A DNA stretch of 64,000 nucleotides from the human T2T-CHM13v2.0 reference genome, Homo sapiens. The notes beneath the pieces were generated by a model. It was not told the DNA's origin and made no database searches. It saw nothing but the letters and a program-made list of their open reading frames with translations. Below, one piece after another: positions 1 through 14,846 of this stretch. Made by a program: the position numbers and the translations under genes. Within the stretch, counting starts at the first letter, position 1. Every line of letters starts with the position of its first letter. The stretch lies in assembly GCF_009914755.1 (NCBI RefSeq), contig NC_060925.1; one strand, given 5' to 3'.

Positions 1-111
1 ATCGCTGAACCTGGGAGGCAGAGTTTGCAGTTTGCCAAGATCACACCACTGCATTCCAGCCTAGGCGACAGAGCAAGACTCTGTCTCAAAAAAAAAAAAA
101 AAAAAAAAAAA
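1..111 (+). mobile_element. Alu 3' end with poly(A), cut by the window edge
   Basis: GAACCTGGGAGGCAGAG...CCAGCCTAGGCGACAGAGCAAGACTCTGTCTC-A(n). Confidence 0.9.
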
Positions 112-883
112 GAACAAAAGATTACCCTTAAAAACTTCAGCTAGAATCAATGTTCTGAAGTCTTGGGTAGTGAATTATGCAAAGAGCCACTTTACTCAGA
201 GCCAATTTACTTTCTTTAGACACAATGTTAACCAGTTTGCCTAACTGATTCATTCCCTACATAATAGGAGATTATAAGAAACATACTAATTGAAGAAGAA
301 AATTCGCATTGACAGTGGAAAGAACGAGATAGCAGTCTGACAAGAGAATAAACTCTGACAAGCAGAACAAAATCCTAAAAGATCTTAACAGTTTGGGGCT
401 AAGTGTAAATAATCACAGCACTCACCCTGTATCCTTCTCCCACCGCTCATGGTGCTCCTGTATGATGTGGGACAGGATAAGTAAGTGAGCCATAAACAAT
501 TAAAAGTTAAGTACATTCAAAATACTTTATCAAAGATGGCAGAGATGGCTCAACACACTTTAACAATATTAATGTCTAAAATGGTTTTAAGACTAAAAAA
601 CCAAAAACTATTTTCATTCCAGTTTCCTAAACAATTTGATGGCAGGTAAACTGAAGTTTCATTGTCACTAAAAAGTGATTCGTGTGCATAACGATTACTA
701 AGCTCAGAGGACTAGCAAAAGCTTCAAATCTCAAAGTCATCATACCTCATTTTCTGGTATAATAAAGTAAATCAACAAAAACACAACTTTAAATCAACAA
801 GATATTTCAAAAATAAATAAATATTGAGCAGAAATGGCTATTATGCCATCAAAGTATAAGTGGCACAGTATATTATATATGAA

Positions 884-1501
<618 letters not shown>

Positions 1502-2123
1502 TAGAAAAACTGGAAAACTGAAAAAGAAAAAGAAAGAAGGGATGAAAGTTCTTGTCCTGGGTCTACCAAAAGGGTGGCAAATAAGCCTTTGTGTTCCTGA
1601 AGTCTGGATCCTTCTAGTCACCCAGGAGAGAAGACAGTTTTTTTGTTTTGCTTTGTTTTTTGTTTTTTCCCTAAAATGCAAGCCCCTTCTGGTGGTACAG
1701 TACTCAAACTATTGAAGAAGGGTCAGGATGGACCTTTTGGGTTTTAGGAGATTAAAAAGCAAGCAACAGTCCACCCTGCAAGAAATCCCAGAGACTGGGA
1801 AGGGCACAAGACTGTGGGTTTGGCTGGCAGTAGATGCAATCACTCATTCTGAGCAAGACCTCAGAGGAAACAGCAAGAGCTGATGGGATCCAGTGGGTCA
1901 GAAGGCTCTGAGGCCCATGAAAGGAGCACTGGTGTTGGAGGTGGCTCAGGGTGAATGTGGTCGCTCAGAGAGCTGTCCTCCTAAAAAAGCCCCTGCTGGC
2001 TTGAGCAGGAACCAAGCTGTGGCAGCCCCTTTATTTCAGTGGGCTACAGCACTAGGGAGCTATGAAGTCAGTTCCCCATGGTAGATGAGGGTGAGAGGTG
2101 GAGGGTAAGAAGGGTGGGGACTT

Positions 2124-2141
2124 GTTACCATAGCAACGTCA
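2124..2141. promoter_or_regulatory. RFX X-box with overlapping CRE half-site
   Basis: GTTACCATAGCAAC (2124-2137) fits the X-box consensus GTNRCC-N(0-3)-RGYAAC; ACGTCA at 2136-2141. Confidence 0.55.
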
Positions 2142-2320
2142 AGAACACTATTCATGCCTCTCCCTTTTCTGAGAATGGTTGGCTATTCAACAGATTTTGA
2201 GACTGTATTAGCCGTGGGATTCTTAGAGAAAAGGGGAAATCGAGGTGGATGATGAAGGGTCCATTTCCTGACAGTCTTGGGGGCTAAAGCCAGTTTTTTC
2301 ACTTCAGAAATGAGTGACAT

Positions 2321-2579
<259 letters not shown>

Positions 2580-4272
2580 GTGAGTAACATTACTTCCGCT
2601 CAGAGAGTGTGAAAATGTTTATGTATAATTTTTACATCTGCATAGGCAGAAAATCAGGAAAAATAACTATGTACTCTCTTGCCTGATGTTCTCATAGCCA
2701 AGCTGTTGATTCTTATGACCATTCAAATGATGAGAGTTATTTTGATGCACCTGAGTCAACTTTCAGAATGACCCCAATAACTGCAAATTGTTGCTCTGGG
2801 TAATATGAAAGTTCTCACTTCTCTTGATGGGAAACTCAAGCAAGTTTCCTCTCGCAGTGGCATATTCAGGGCCCAGGCCTGATTTTCAATGTGGTGTGGC
2901 ACAAGGCTGTTCTGGAACATCTTGGGCTGGGTAACTATTAATACTTGGCTAAAGCACCACAGTACCAAATCTTGTTGATGCAGGGGGACTGGTAAGACCA
3001 CCTAGGAGGGACTTCATGTTCTCAGAGGCCTTAAAGTAGCAGACCCTCATCTGTTTCCCTCACCTGAGAAACTGGGCTGTCTTTTATGGGTGTGAGTCCA
3101 TGGTGGAAATAATGCTAATGAGAGTGGGCAGGTACTCTTACTTATAATCTGAAAAGGGTTTAGCAGGCTAAACCTTACACTGAAAAGGGTTTAATGGGTG
3201 ATTTGTCGTGCTCTAACCTTGACTTAAGTAGTTTGGATTTTCTGTACTTGGCTCTCTTATGTCTCTCCTTCCAAGGACAGGAGAAATGGAAATCCTTTTC
3301 AGGTGGCCCAGGACTCCATTCCAGTCCAGCAATGTTCTCTGATTTTTCCTGAGTATTAAAGGTTCCTGATGAGAATGGAGAGGAGGAGAGAGAGTCACAC
3401 TAAGGACCCTCCTGTGGGAGGAACCTTAGCCTCCAGGAGCAGCTCTTTCCATATTGTAGAACACCCGCTCCCCACTACATGCTTACAATGGCTTGGCTGA
3501 ACCATGCCCCAAGAAGAAACAAAGCACCCACCTGGATGTGAGAACTGCCCCAACTCAAATGCCCTTACTTTCTCTAGAAAACAGACTTTTCTCTAATACC
3601 TACTCCAAGGACTTCCATTTTCAGCAACATGGCTGGCTGATTTAATTCCCCACCTCCCACCCCTGCAGGAAAAGACTTGCTGGATAAAATAAATAAGATA
3701 CAGCCTTAAAAAAAAGAATTGTTTTTAGTCAAGATCTAAAGAAGAAAACCAAAATCCCCAGGTGATGAACTATAATATGTGACTCATAGCTAGAAGACAA
3801 GTTCATGAGTTGATCCTGTGGCTGGCAGGGTGAGACTGGCCCCAGATATAAGTCCTAATAGCTGGGGTTTCCATGCAAAAATGGGGACAGGAGATATGAT
3901 CTTAAGGAAATAAAGCTCAGATTCCTACATAACAGCTGGATTAGGAAATTTGGAAATGGGGTCCCTTCTTCGTAAGGGAGGCTGGATGAACTTCTCCGAC
4001 CAGCTCAAGAAATAGAAAAGAAACTACTCTCTGCTAAGAGCTCCAGGTGGAAAATAAAACAAAGCTCCCATGAGAATCTGAAGCCTCTCCAAATTCACAC
4101 TCCATGTACAGGGAGTGCATACATGCCAAACTAAGATATTAATGTAAAATCTGGTACTGGATTAGTAAAATCCAGTGGTGTCCAGCACAAGCAGATGAGG
4201 CTCCCAAAGGAAAAAGCAATCCTGACTGAAGTCGGTTCAGAACTGCATTTAGAGCCCCCTGCCTAAGGAGAC

Positions 4273-4768
4273 TATATTAGCTTGCCGGGGCTGCTGTCAC
4301 AAAGCACTTCAAATGGAGTGGCTTAAACAGCAGAAAGTTATTGTCTCATATTCTAGAAGCTAGGATTCTGAGGTCAAGGTGGCAGCGGAATTGGTTCCTT
4401 CTGAAGGCTATGAGGGAGAATCTGTTCCAGGCCTCTTCCTCCGCTTCTAGTGCTTTGTGGGCAATCTTTGACATTCCTTGGCTTATAAGCATTATCCATA
4501 TCTCTGCCTTCATTCCATATAACCTGTGTTATAGCTATAACCTGTGTTATAGCTATAGCAATCCACCTGTGTTATGTCTACATTCTAATTTTCCCTTTTT
4601 ATAAAGATACCAGTCGCATTGGATTTGGGGCCAACCTATTTCAGTACGCCTTCATCTTAACTTAGAAAATTACATCTCAACGATACTTTTTCCAAATAGG
4701 GTTATATTCTGAGGTACTAGAGGGTTCAACATATGGATTTTGGGAGGAACACAATTGAACCCATAACA
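4273..4768 (-). mobile_element. MLT1C-like MaLR solo LTR
   Basis: Typical termini (TATATTAG...GAACCCATAACA); degenerate 5-bp TSD GAGAC/GAGGC. Confidence 0.75.
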
Positions 4769-5769
4769 GAGGCAATCCCAACAAGGAGGGTCAGCGACAC
4801 ACAAACATGGTAGGAGAGTAGAACCCCAGGAAGTGACAGAACAGTCTGAAAGGAGCAAGGCTCTGAAACTCACTCAGGCTCAGTTGCCCCAGTAGTCACA
4901 GGTAGAGAGCATCCTTCATCTAACACGGCTTTTATAAGGATCAGACTATATAGTGTACGTGCAAGCACCTTGCAAACTGCAACATACTATGCTAACATTA
5001 GTTTTCATTTTTATTACTTTAGTTAATTAAAGACACTATAATAACTCTTATTTATTCAGGGCTATGCTAAACTCACGTTATCTCATTCAATTCTCACCCA
5101 TAACCCTGTGTGGTAAATATCTTCATTTTATGGATAACAAGAGTACAGTTTAGATAAATTAAGTCATTTGCCTGAAGCCATATGGCTAGTCAGTGGCAGG
5201 GCTAGAATGGAAACTTTGGCCTGTCAGGGTCCAAAGTCTGAGCCCTTCTTTATTCTGAATCTTTCCCAGGTGTTAAGGCTAAGTTTTAGGCAGTGGCCAG
5301 GGTGAGGAAGAGGCAAAAGAAAGGAGATATACTCTATCCTGAGAAGGAAAATCCAATGAGGAGGGTAAATGGAGACTTATTTAAAAAGCAAATAAATATG
5401 ATGTTGGGGACATAGGGGCAAAGAGAAAGAGAATGATGAATGAGACCCAGTCCCTGCCCTGGAGGGGCAAACAGTAGATGTGCATGAGTGCTCAAGGGGG
5501 CAGGTGAGCCTTGTGACCCTGGAATGAAGAATGACTTGGAGGTGCGGGTCAGAAGAGCTTTAGGATGAGGTGATGTTGGACCTGATCTGGAATATTCCAG
5601 GGTATGGGCTTGTTTTGAATCCCAACTCTACTGCTTACAAGTTGTACGACCCTGAACAAGTTACTTAAATTCTCAAAACCTCAGTTTCTTGAACTGTAAA
5701 ATGAAAATAATTATTTGCCTTCTTAATAGCCACGTGCCTCTTCTTTCTTCTTATAGAACCCCCATTTTG

Positions 5770-6058
5770 GTTTTTTGTTTTGTTTTGTTTTGTTTTGAGA
5801 CAGGGTTACCCATTCTAGAGTGCAGTAGAACAATCTTGGCTCACTGCAGCCTTGAACTCCTAGGCTCAAGCGATCCTCCCACCTCAGCCTCCCAAGTAGC
5901 TGGGACTACAAGTGTGTGCCACCATGGTTCGCTATTTTTTAAAAAATTTTTTTCGAGATGGGGTCTCATTCTGTTGCCCAGGCTTGTCTGAAACCCCTGG
6001 CCTCAAGCTATCGTCTTGTCTTGGGATCCCAAAATGCAGGGATTACACGGTGCCTGGC
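5770..6058 (-). mobile_element. AluJ-like element
   Basis: Diverged antisense Alu dimer. Confidence 0.8.
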
Positions 6059-6769
6059 TTTTTTTTTTTTTTTTTTTTTTTTTGGTATCTATTCTCCTTC
6101 CTCTCCTGTGCATCAGAGGAGGTGGCCTGGATGCCTGCGTGGCTGCAGAGACTGAAGCAGATGGAGCCCAGTCAATCATGGGGACTCCCCTTTCCTCTCA
6201 TGGTGATACATTGAGGTGTGGGTGGGAAATCCAGGTCTAGTTAGGGAGATGTGAGAAGGATTCTGCTGCAGGGTCTCTGGATAAAGTCCTCCCTTGTCAT
6301 AAATGTGAAGAATATAAAGAAATATACTATCTAGTATATAGATACAGATATATATTTATAGAATAAAGCTCTCTTTTCTGCCCCGGACGTCTGTGAGGAT
6401 GAGGTAACCGGAAGTGTTGCAGCCATCTTGAAACCACAATGGTTGCTAATCTGAAGATAAGGTCAATGAGAATGACAGAGAGAAAGCCTCGAAGTAACCT
6501 GAATCCCTGATGACTTTGTTCAGCCACTGAATTTAGCAGCTCAGGCTCTGTACTACCTCTAGAGTTGTTGCTACGTGAGAAAATAAATGTTTTACTGCTT
6601 AGGGTCCTCTATTATTTATAGCCAAAAACATCCTAAGTGATTTACCTCATATATCTGTAGGGTGTAAATCAAGTAATCCCTATAAAGTGTTCAGCACTGT
6701 GAAATGTTAACAATTATCATTAATATAATATTTTATTATGGAATTATATACTGCTTTCTTCTTTACTAA

Positions 6770-7248
6770 TGTTGGGGCTGGGAAGCTGATATCCTACAAT
6801 ATGGCACTTTGACATGCTGAACTGAAGAAGCCTCAAGGTCTCCCTGTTCTCCTCCCCACCCCGCTGTCTTTCCCAAAACCTTTATCTGCCTGAGATCCCA
6901 AGAGAAACAATTGTTTCTCCTTCCGCTCCCTGTAAGACCAAGAATGTAACCACACCTTAACAGGCTTTTTCACAAGATAATGAACAAGTTAATCTTTGTT
7001 CACTGATCCATTCATTCACCTTAGTAATCCCCTCAACAGATCGCTCTTCTCTCTGCTACCATAACCTGTTTTGCCAGGATGGTATGTAGGCTTCTGAACC
7101 CCGCTGGGAGGTGGACAGTTGCTCTGTGATTCTCCCCATGTATACACGGTGAATAAATTGGTATGCCCTTCTATTAATCTGCATCTTGTCAGTGGTTTTT
7201 CAGCGAACCTTCAGAGGGCCGTAAGGAACATATACCTTGGTTCCTACA
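6770..7248 (+). mobile_element. MER39/MER34-group ERV1 solo LTR
   Basis: TG...CA termini, 4-bp TSD CTAA on both sides, TGTTGGGGCT...ATATGGCACTTTGACATGCTGAACTGAAGAAGCCTCAAGGTC start, internal AATAAA. Confidence 0.7.
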
Positions 7249-7445
7249 CTAATATGTGTCCTATTTCTCCAAATACATGTGAGATTATTTTTGGCCAGAA
7301 CCCAAGCTGCTGCTTTGATATCCCACTCAGCCGACAAGCAAAATGCATAGTTGATGTTTAATATTTATTTCATAATTAATCACCACATATATATTTTCCC
7401 TAAATATAACCCTGATGGACAATCCAATCCAGACCAGACGGTGCC

Positions 7446-7621
7446 TTTTTTTTTTTTTTTTTTTTGAGACGGAGTCTCGCTCTTTCACCCAGGCCGGACT
7501 GCAGTGGCGCTATCTCGGCTCACTGCAAGCTCCGCCTCCCGAGTTCACGCTGTTCTCCTGCCTCAGCGTCCCGAGTAGCTGGGACTGCAGGCGCCCGCCA
7601 CCACGCCCGGCTAATTTTTTT
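7446..7621 (-). mobile_element. Young CpG-rich AluY-type right arm (5'-truncated)
   Basis: T20 tail, CACTGCAAGCTCCGCCTCCCG, many retained CpGs. Confidence 0.85.
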
Positions 7622-8539
7622 GATTGTGTCCCCAAGAACGTTTTATTTTGCTACGGAGACGTGAATTCCAAGAGAATCAAAGTAGTTTGAAAAAGGGGAA
7701 AATGGCAGACCTTTCTTAAACTGGAAGCTGCCAGAATCACAGGCTATCACGGCTAGAAAGGACTTGGGAATCATTTGGGCCGTCCTCATTTTATAGTGGA
7801 GGCCCAAAGACTTCCTTAAAGACACAGCAAGATGCCAGGCTGGGACTCCTAACCCAAACCCTTTTCATTATTTTTCATAATTTCTCCAGAGTCAACGTTC
7901 CTCACAATCCGAATGAAAGGGAAGCCCTCTCCCCAGAGTCTGTTTGGGCTGCCGGGAATCTGTGGGAATCCGTGCATCTACTTCTTACCAAGGTCGCTCT
8001 GCAGAGCTACTGCCCGGGGCCAGGTGGCCTGGCACGAGATCTGAGATTCGGCATCCTTTGCTGAGTGCAAACATCAGCCCCTTATGCCTGAGGGGTCACT
8101 GAGGGCGTGGAGCTGGGAAGAGCCCTCTCCCTGTCCACACACTGATCAGCTCCTAGCATGGAGGTCTGGTGACAAGGATCATGAGCGACTCCACAGCCTC
8201 GTCTGTATCAGTGCTAAGGGGAGCGTGGCACTGACAGGCTGGGTGCGATCATCCATCCCTGGGTGAGATCTTACTCCATCTGTCCTAGGCTGGCTTTTCA
8301 GGGGGCCTACCTCCCACCTCCCAACCAGAATGCTCCTACACTCACCCGCTCCCCACCCCCAAGTTCTTGGCCTGTTCCACTTAAATTTCAATGCAAATGT
8401 CTACTGTTCCATAAGGATTTCCCTAACTTTCCGCCACCAAAATTAACCACATCATCCTCTATGTTCCCATTGCACTTTTTAAAAATAACCACCATTATAA
8501 AATTTAAAGATGATTTTAGTTTAGTCTTTTCTGCTAATC

Positions 8540-8665
8540 AGTCCTTTTCAAACTTTATATGCCTACAAATCAACTAGGGATTTGGTAAAATGCAAATTCA
8601 GATTCTGTAGCTGTGGGATGGGGCCTGGTATTCTACATTTCTAACAAATTCCCAGGTGATACTGG
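8540..8665. mobile_element. MER5-like DNA transposon; similar copies at about 12470-12640 and 24130-24275
   Basis: AAAATGCAAATTCAGATTCTGTAG...GGGATGGGGCCTG...CATTTCTAACAAATTCCCAGGTGAT. Confidence 0.6.
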
Positions 8666-8929
8666 TAGCCTTGAAAGCTGCTATTACAAAGATACATAAA
8701 ATATGTTACCTAGACTTAAAGAGTTCAAAACGTACTGTTTTTGTATTCCTTGAGGCTAGGTAACATATTTTATGTATCTTTGTAATGCCAGCTTTTAGCA
8801 CAGGATCTGGCAGATTATAGTTGGTTAAGAAATATTCATTGAATTGCAGTGGAGTAGGTTAAGGTTTCTGGGGTGTTCCTTTTATACACAAATATGTAAT
8901 TTCTTTTCTTTCATTATTTTATCTTTATT

Positions 8930-9817
<888 letters not shown>

Positions 9818-11417
9818 TGAAGCATTTCTTAATTTAATTGTGCTTCAGGGTCACGAGTATTTGTCACCTGGGGAGAATCCAGCAGAATGTGTTGAGCATG
9901 ATTTTGGACTTCCAAGTAAAAAAATAAAACAAAACAATAAGGATGAGCTGAGCAAGTTTGTTGTCCCATAGGGTCAAATTTCTTCGGCATGTAGACCCAA
10001 TCTCCCTGCTCATTAAGGTAATATGGAAAAACATGACCACACTTAAGCCAGAGGTTCCAATTCTGCCTGCAGCTGCATCTGCCAGACTGCCTCACACGTT
10101 TCCACATGTTTTGCAAGTATGTGATCTGAACAGTATTAGATACTGTTGTAGCTGAAATGGCAGAGAGAGGGGTGGGGATGTGGGGATCACAGAAGGCAGG
10201 ATAAATTCTGAGCACGACCAAAATCTCAGCTTTACAGATCCAGAAACTCAAGTTTATCATTTGATTAGGATTCTGAAGGACTGACTGACACTAATATATA
10301 AACCAGAAGGCCTATTTATTCATTAACATTAAAGGAGCTATCTTTCCATGACTGAAATACTCATGCCTGCTTAGAAGAACCCCCATCCCCCATACACACC
10401 ACCCACACATGCACACACACCATCCACACTTTCCTCTTCTCGTGCCCTGGGATTAGGGTTCCTAGGGACAACTTAATTAGTACCTCCTGGTGAACATTGA
10501 CTCAACATATAGATAACTGGGTACATGCATAGGAAAAACACAGCAGGTAAAGGAAAAGCTAGACAAATTGTTCCTTCTCCAAAATGATTTCACTTCTGTA
10601 ATAATTACTTTTTTTTCTCCCAAATAACATCTTTCTCTTTGGGCAATACTGGATAAAGTCAGATAAATTCTTACTTTTAAATATCTGTGTTTCTGGACTC
10701 CATATTGACCAGCCTCTTCCCTTCTGCCTTCAAAATAACTGGAGATTTGCTTAGAGCTTTTATCAATTGTGTTCTAGACTTCAGGATTTATACAAGCGAG
10801 CATTTGAATGGTAGGCATGTGGATGGCACTGGGTATCTCTTAGTGTAAGACACTTCTGCAGAGATGGTTGCTGTTCTTTGGTGCTGACTCTCCTTGTCCT
10901 CCAGTTCTGATCTCTACTCCTGACAATATCACTGAGAGGTTAGACAGTGTGGAACCGAAAATCAAGATCCAGCTCATAGACCTGCCTGAGTGCTCGGCTC
11001 TCCCGTGAGTTTGCGGGCTCCCTGGGAAGAAGGGCTCTCAAAAGACTGCAGTGACAGCCTTGGCCCACTTAACATTTGTGCCTTGTGCTGAGCTGGGTGG
11101 GGTGTTCTTGTGTTTCTTGTTAACAGTTGCTTTGTGACTGAGCATCTCAGAGTATATTTTATTACCAACTAACCCACTAACCATGTGACATCCAGTAAGT
11201 CACTTTTCTGTGGGCTTCAGCTTCTTCATCTGTAAAAGAAAAAGAGAAATTTGGAAGAAATTAGCTTTACTGGTCTCATCCAGTGCTAAGACTAACAAGG
11301 TATTTATTTATTTAATATATTTATTTTATATATACTTATACATTTAATATATTTAGCATATAATGTAATATAATACAATACATAGATTTAATATAAAAGG
11401 ATTTATTTATTTAGGTT

Positions 11418-12012
<595 letters not shown>

Positions 12013-13984
12013 CTAGAAAATGGCCAAACCAGGTCTCAAACACAGTCAGGTTCCTCATTTTCTTAATTACTAACCCATAATGTATCCAGGGTCCTGGACC
12101 AGGAGGAATTCTAACTTCACCCACACCCTTGAGAGAGAAAGCGCAGCTTTCGGGCTTCCTTGAACCCCCTTCCTTGCTTCTGCCTTCTCAGAATCTGGAC
12201 TGCTTTCAACCTCTTTGCGTTCTTTCTGACTTCTCCGTGTTCTCTCTCAGCCTTCTCTATCTCTCTTTTTCTCCTTCTCCTATGCCTCCCTCTCTTGGCC
12301 TGCTCCCTCCCTTGCCCTCCCTGTCCCCAGCTGAGTGCCAGCCTCTCCTGGTAAACTTTGCTGGCTTCTGCCGTTATAAAGATGTTGCCACACACTCCTG
12401 AGTGAATCTGTGCATCAGTGAGGGTGGGGAGATGGTGTCCAGGTGTGGCTTAATGGCCAAGTTGGTGGTTTCCAAGCACCGGTGAAGGACCGTCTGTACT
12501 GGAATCACCAGTGGTGGGAGAGGGGTGTGATTCATAATGCAGATTCCTGGGTTCCAGCCCATTAGGGTCAGGATGAAACTTGGTAATCTGTGTTTTTAAA
12601 AAGCTCCCCAAGATGACTCTGATGTGTAGCAATGCCCCCACTTTACTGTTGGGACTTATGCCCCCTAGAGACTATCCCTGAGGGGTAAGCCAGAGAGCAA
12701 CGAAGTATCCACAGGCATACCTGGAGAGTTGTCTCAGGTAGAGGCCATGTGTGAAGGTTGTGGAACATCAGTTGGTAAGTTTGACCACTTGCTCCTTCCC
12801 CATCCTAGGTGTCAGTGGTACATCTGGCTCAATAGCAACAACTCCCCGCTCCTGCTACCTTTGGACGTGCAGAGTGACGTTAAGTCTTCATAGGGAGAAG
12901 GTGGTGAGTAGAAACATGTTGAAAAAGGCTTTTTAGGGACACAGATATGAAAAAAAGTGTTAGAAAACACTAGTTTATGCAAAAGGGTCTGTGTCTCTGG
13001 CTGAGAAGTTATAATTACACCAAGTGTTCCACATCTTTTCATTCTGCATCTCTGTGCCCAAAGACAAAGGAGTCAAGGTTTGAACTCTCATATCATAGTC
13101 TCTTCATCTTGTTAACTAAGAATGATCACATATGCCCTGATTCTGCAGTTGGAGTGAGCTCTCTTCTTTAATTGCATAGCTCTGGTCATTTTTTCCACTC
13201 ATTTGGCACTTTGCACTTAGCAAGCAGTGACCTGGCATCGTTTGTATGTATCTGTTCTGTCTTCATAACTAGATTATAAAGCCTTTTACAGTAGAGGCTA
13301 CATGATCATTTGATAGTTTACTCACTTATTCATCCATCAAACATTTATTCAGCACCTCCAGGCATGGGGCTAGATACTAAAGAGGCAAAGATGACAAGAC
13401 ATAGTCTCTGACTTTACAGACACCTCCGTAAATAAACAGTTATGAAATGGTGTAACCAGCGCAATGATACAGATATGTACAAGTTGCATAGAGAAGTATT
13501 CTCCCCAGCTGGGAGGACTCAGTGCTTAAGCTGAAACTTGAAGGAAAAAGGAAGAAGAGGAGTTCTCCAGAGAGAGATGGTGTAGGGGACAGAAAGATGA
13601 TTCCAGGTTGAACTAGAAGCTTCTGATAAGCCTGGGGCAATGGCACATGTGGGAAGGGACTGGAAATGAGACCAGGCCAAAGCATAAGGATCCTTGAAGC
13701 TTATTCTAAAGACACGGACTTTATCTACAAGGCCATGAGATTCCACTGGATAACTTAAATTAGTCAATATTATGATTAGCTCTCAATTCCCAAAGCTCAT
13801 CTATCTGTTATTTGGAAAGGAACAGATGAGTATTGGAACTTGATTAGACATGTTTCAATAACTCAGAGTTGATGATACCTGAACAAGGGCAGTGGGTGGG
13901 GATGGAGTGGAAAGAACTGCCTGGAAAGTTTACTTGTTGTAAACTTAAAGTACTTACTTATTTATTCTTATTTATTTACTTGTT

Positions 13985-14395
13985 TATTCTGTTTTCTGTT
14001 GCTATAATAGAGTATCACAGACTGGGTAATTTATAAAGAACAAAAGCATATTTGACTCACAGCTCTGGAGGCTGGGAAGTCCAAGAGCATGGCACCAGCA
14101 TCTGGTGAGTGAGTTGCATTGCAGAAGGCATCACATGGTGAGTGAGTGCATGAGAGAGACAGAGAGGAAATTGGGCAGATAGAGGAAATTGGGCAGACAG
14201 AGGAAATTGGGCAGAACTCATTCTGTTTATGAGTGCTCACTAAGTATCCATTCCTGTGATAACGGAATTAATCCATTCTTGAGAGCAGAGCCATCATTAC
14301 CTAATTACCCCTTAAAGGTCCCACCTTTTAATACTGTCACTGTGGCAATATTACATTCCAACATGAGTCTTGGAGTGGGTATTCAAATCACAGCA
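13985..14395 (-). mobile_element. MST-type MaLR LTR, containing a 3x18-bp tandem repeat at about 14163-14215
   Basis: ACTGGGTAATTTATAAAGAA...GGAGGCTGGGAAGTCCAAGAGCATGGCACCAGCATCTGGTGAG...ATTCAAATCACAGCA. Confidence 0.7.
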
Positions 14396-14615
14396 AAACT
14401 GCCTTTGAAAAAATTATAACAGTGAGAGAAATCTAACCTAACTGACTCCATCTTGCGTCTAGACTCACAGGCTGACTGTCCTTGCTCATTTCTGGGCATA
14501 GGCCAAGATAACTGTGGGAAGAATTTAGTTTATAGTTTAACTTTGAGGCAAGAAAGATAACAGTCCCTCCCTAAAACTGACTCCCTCCTTGTTTGGAGAC
14601 TGAAACTACATTTGT

Positions 14616-14815
14616 TTTTCTTGTTTTTTTGTTTTTTGAGACAGAGTCTCACTCTGTAGCCCAGGCTAGACTGCAGTGGTGCAATCTCTGCTCACTGCAA
14701 CCTCCGCCTCCTGGGTTCAGGTGATTCTCCTGCCTCAGCCTCCTGAGTAGCTGGGATTACAGGCATGCACCACCATCCTCAGCTAATTTTTGTATTTTTA
14801 TTTTTATTTATTTTT

Positions 14816-14846
<31 letters not shown>

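Noticed and set aside
112-880. AT-rich stretch as a processed pseudogene or DNA transposon remnant
   Set aside because: I could not recognise a protein, terminal repeat or TSD.
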